Source of the DNA: Isurus oxyrinchus
Taxonomy: Eukaryota
DNA length: 64,000 nucleotides
Assembly: GCA_026770705.1 (NCBI GenBank)
Contig: JANJGN010000036.1
Span: forward strand, 3,534,001-3,598,000
Reading direction: 5' to 3'
Part shown: in pieces, positions 63,420 through 64,000 of the stretch
How positions within the stretch are numbered: the stretch's first letter is position 1
Layout: every line of letters starts with the position of its first letter
Translations under genes and position numbers: made by a program
The notes under the pieces: generated by a model
Told to the model about the DNA's origin: nothing
The model's database searches: none
Seen by the model: only the letters and a program-made list of their open reading frames with translations

Positions 63420-64000
63420 ACATTAGCTCAAATTTCCGGGACGATTGGGACTGTGATACCACATGACTGCATTCCTCGGGTTCAATCATTGTCGAACGCT
63501 TTTCACCCTTCCTCCTGCTCTCTTTGTGGCATCAGCAAATTTACCAACCATACCTTCAGCCCCTCCATTAAAGTCATTTATATAAACTGGAAAATGTTGA
63601 GTCCCGGGTACTGATCGCTGTAGCAAACAGCTCGCTAGAACCTTCCAACCAGCAAATAAATACCCATTTATGGTTACCCTCTGTTTCCGGTTAGCCTGAT
63701 AATCCGCTAGCCATGTCCATATGTCACATCCTCCGCCATGAGCTTTTAACTATCGCAATAACCTGTGATGTGGCAGCTTATCAAATGCCTTCTGCCAATC
63801 CTAGTTCAGTATATTTACCAGTTCCCTTTGATCCACAGCACATGCAACTCCTTCAAAGAACTCCATTAAATTGGTTAGACATCATTTCCCTCTCACAAAC
63901 CCATGTTGACTGTGTGGAATTGCAATGAAGTTTCCTCAGCGTCCTGCCATCACATATTCAATAATATATACCCACATTTTCCCACTGACAAATGTTAAGC
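63420..64000 (-). mobile_element. Degenerate CR1 RT fragment
   Basis: The minus strand shows AAATTTGCTGATG (KFAD) and QHGF-like (CAACATGGGTTT) remnants. Confidence 0.6.

Noticed and set aside
36400-64000. Additional V, D, J or C segments
   Set aside because: No other Ig-fold ORF, FGxG with RSS, or complete RSS was seen here or in 1-33400. Short segments inside the N gaps cannot be excluded.

Overview
Repeat-rich vertebrate genomic DNA, very likely from a cartilaginous fish (shark), with five assembly gaps. It contains one intact, unrearranged immunoglobulin light-chain cluster on the minus strand: octamer/TATA promoter, leader (36210-36162), V (36015-35690) with a 12-RSS, J (35303-35267) with a 22/23-RSS, C (33924-33596) and a polyA signal. 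The protein resembles the elasmobranch type I / NS5 / sigma-cart isotype. About 7.6 kb upstream of the V promoter, a ~260-bp unique island (43880-44140) carries a dense B-cell enhancer motif set arranged like the mammalian Ig-kappa 3' enhancer core. The rest of the window is a mosaic of segmental duplications built from a 70-bp satellite (~12 kb, with higher-order structure), a 69-bp satellite, a 30-bp minisatellite carrying NF-kB-like sites, and CR1-type LINE fragments. Also present are a solo LTR, five short Penelope-like insertions (mostly fold-back) carrying a variant minimal hammerhead-ribozyme motif, an orphan CpG-island promoter, and a two-exon GPR139-like GPCR pseudogene. All identifications are by eye and from recalled family knowledge; no searches were run.
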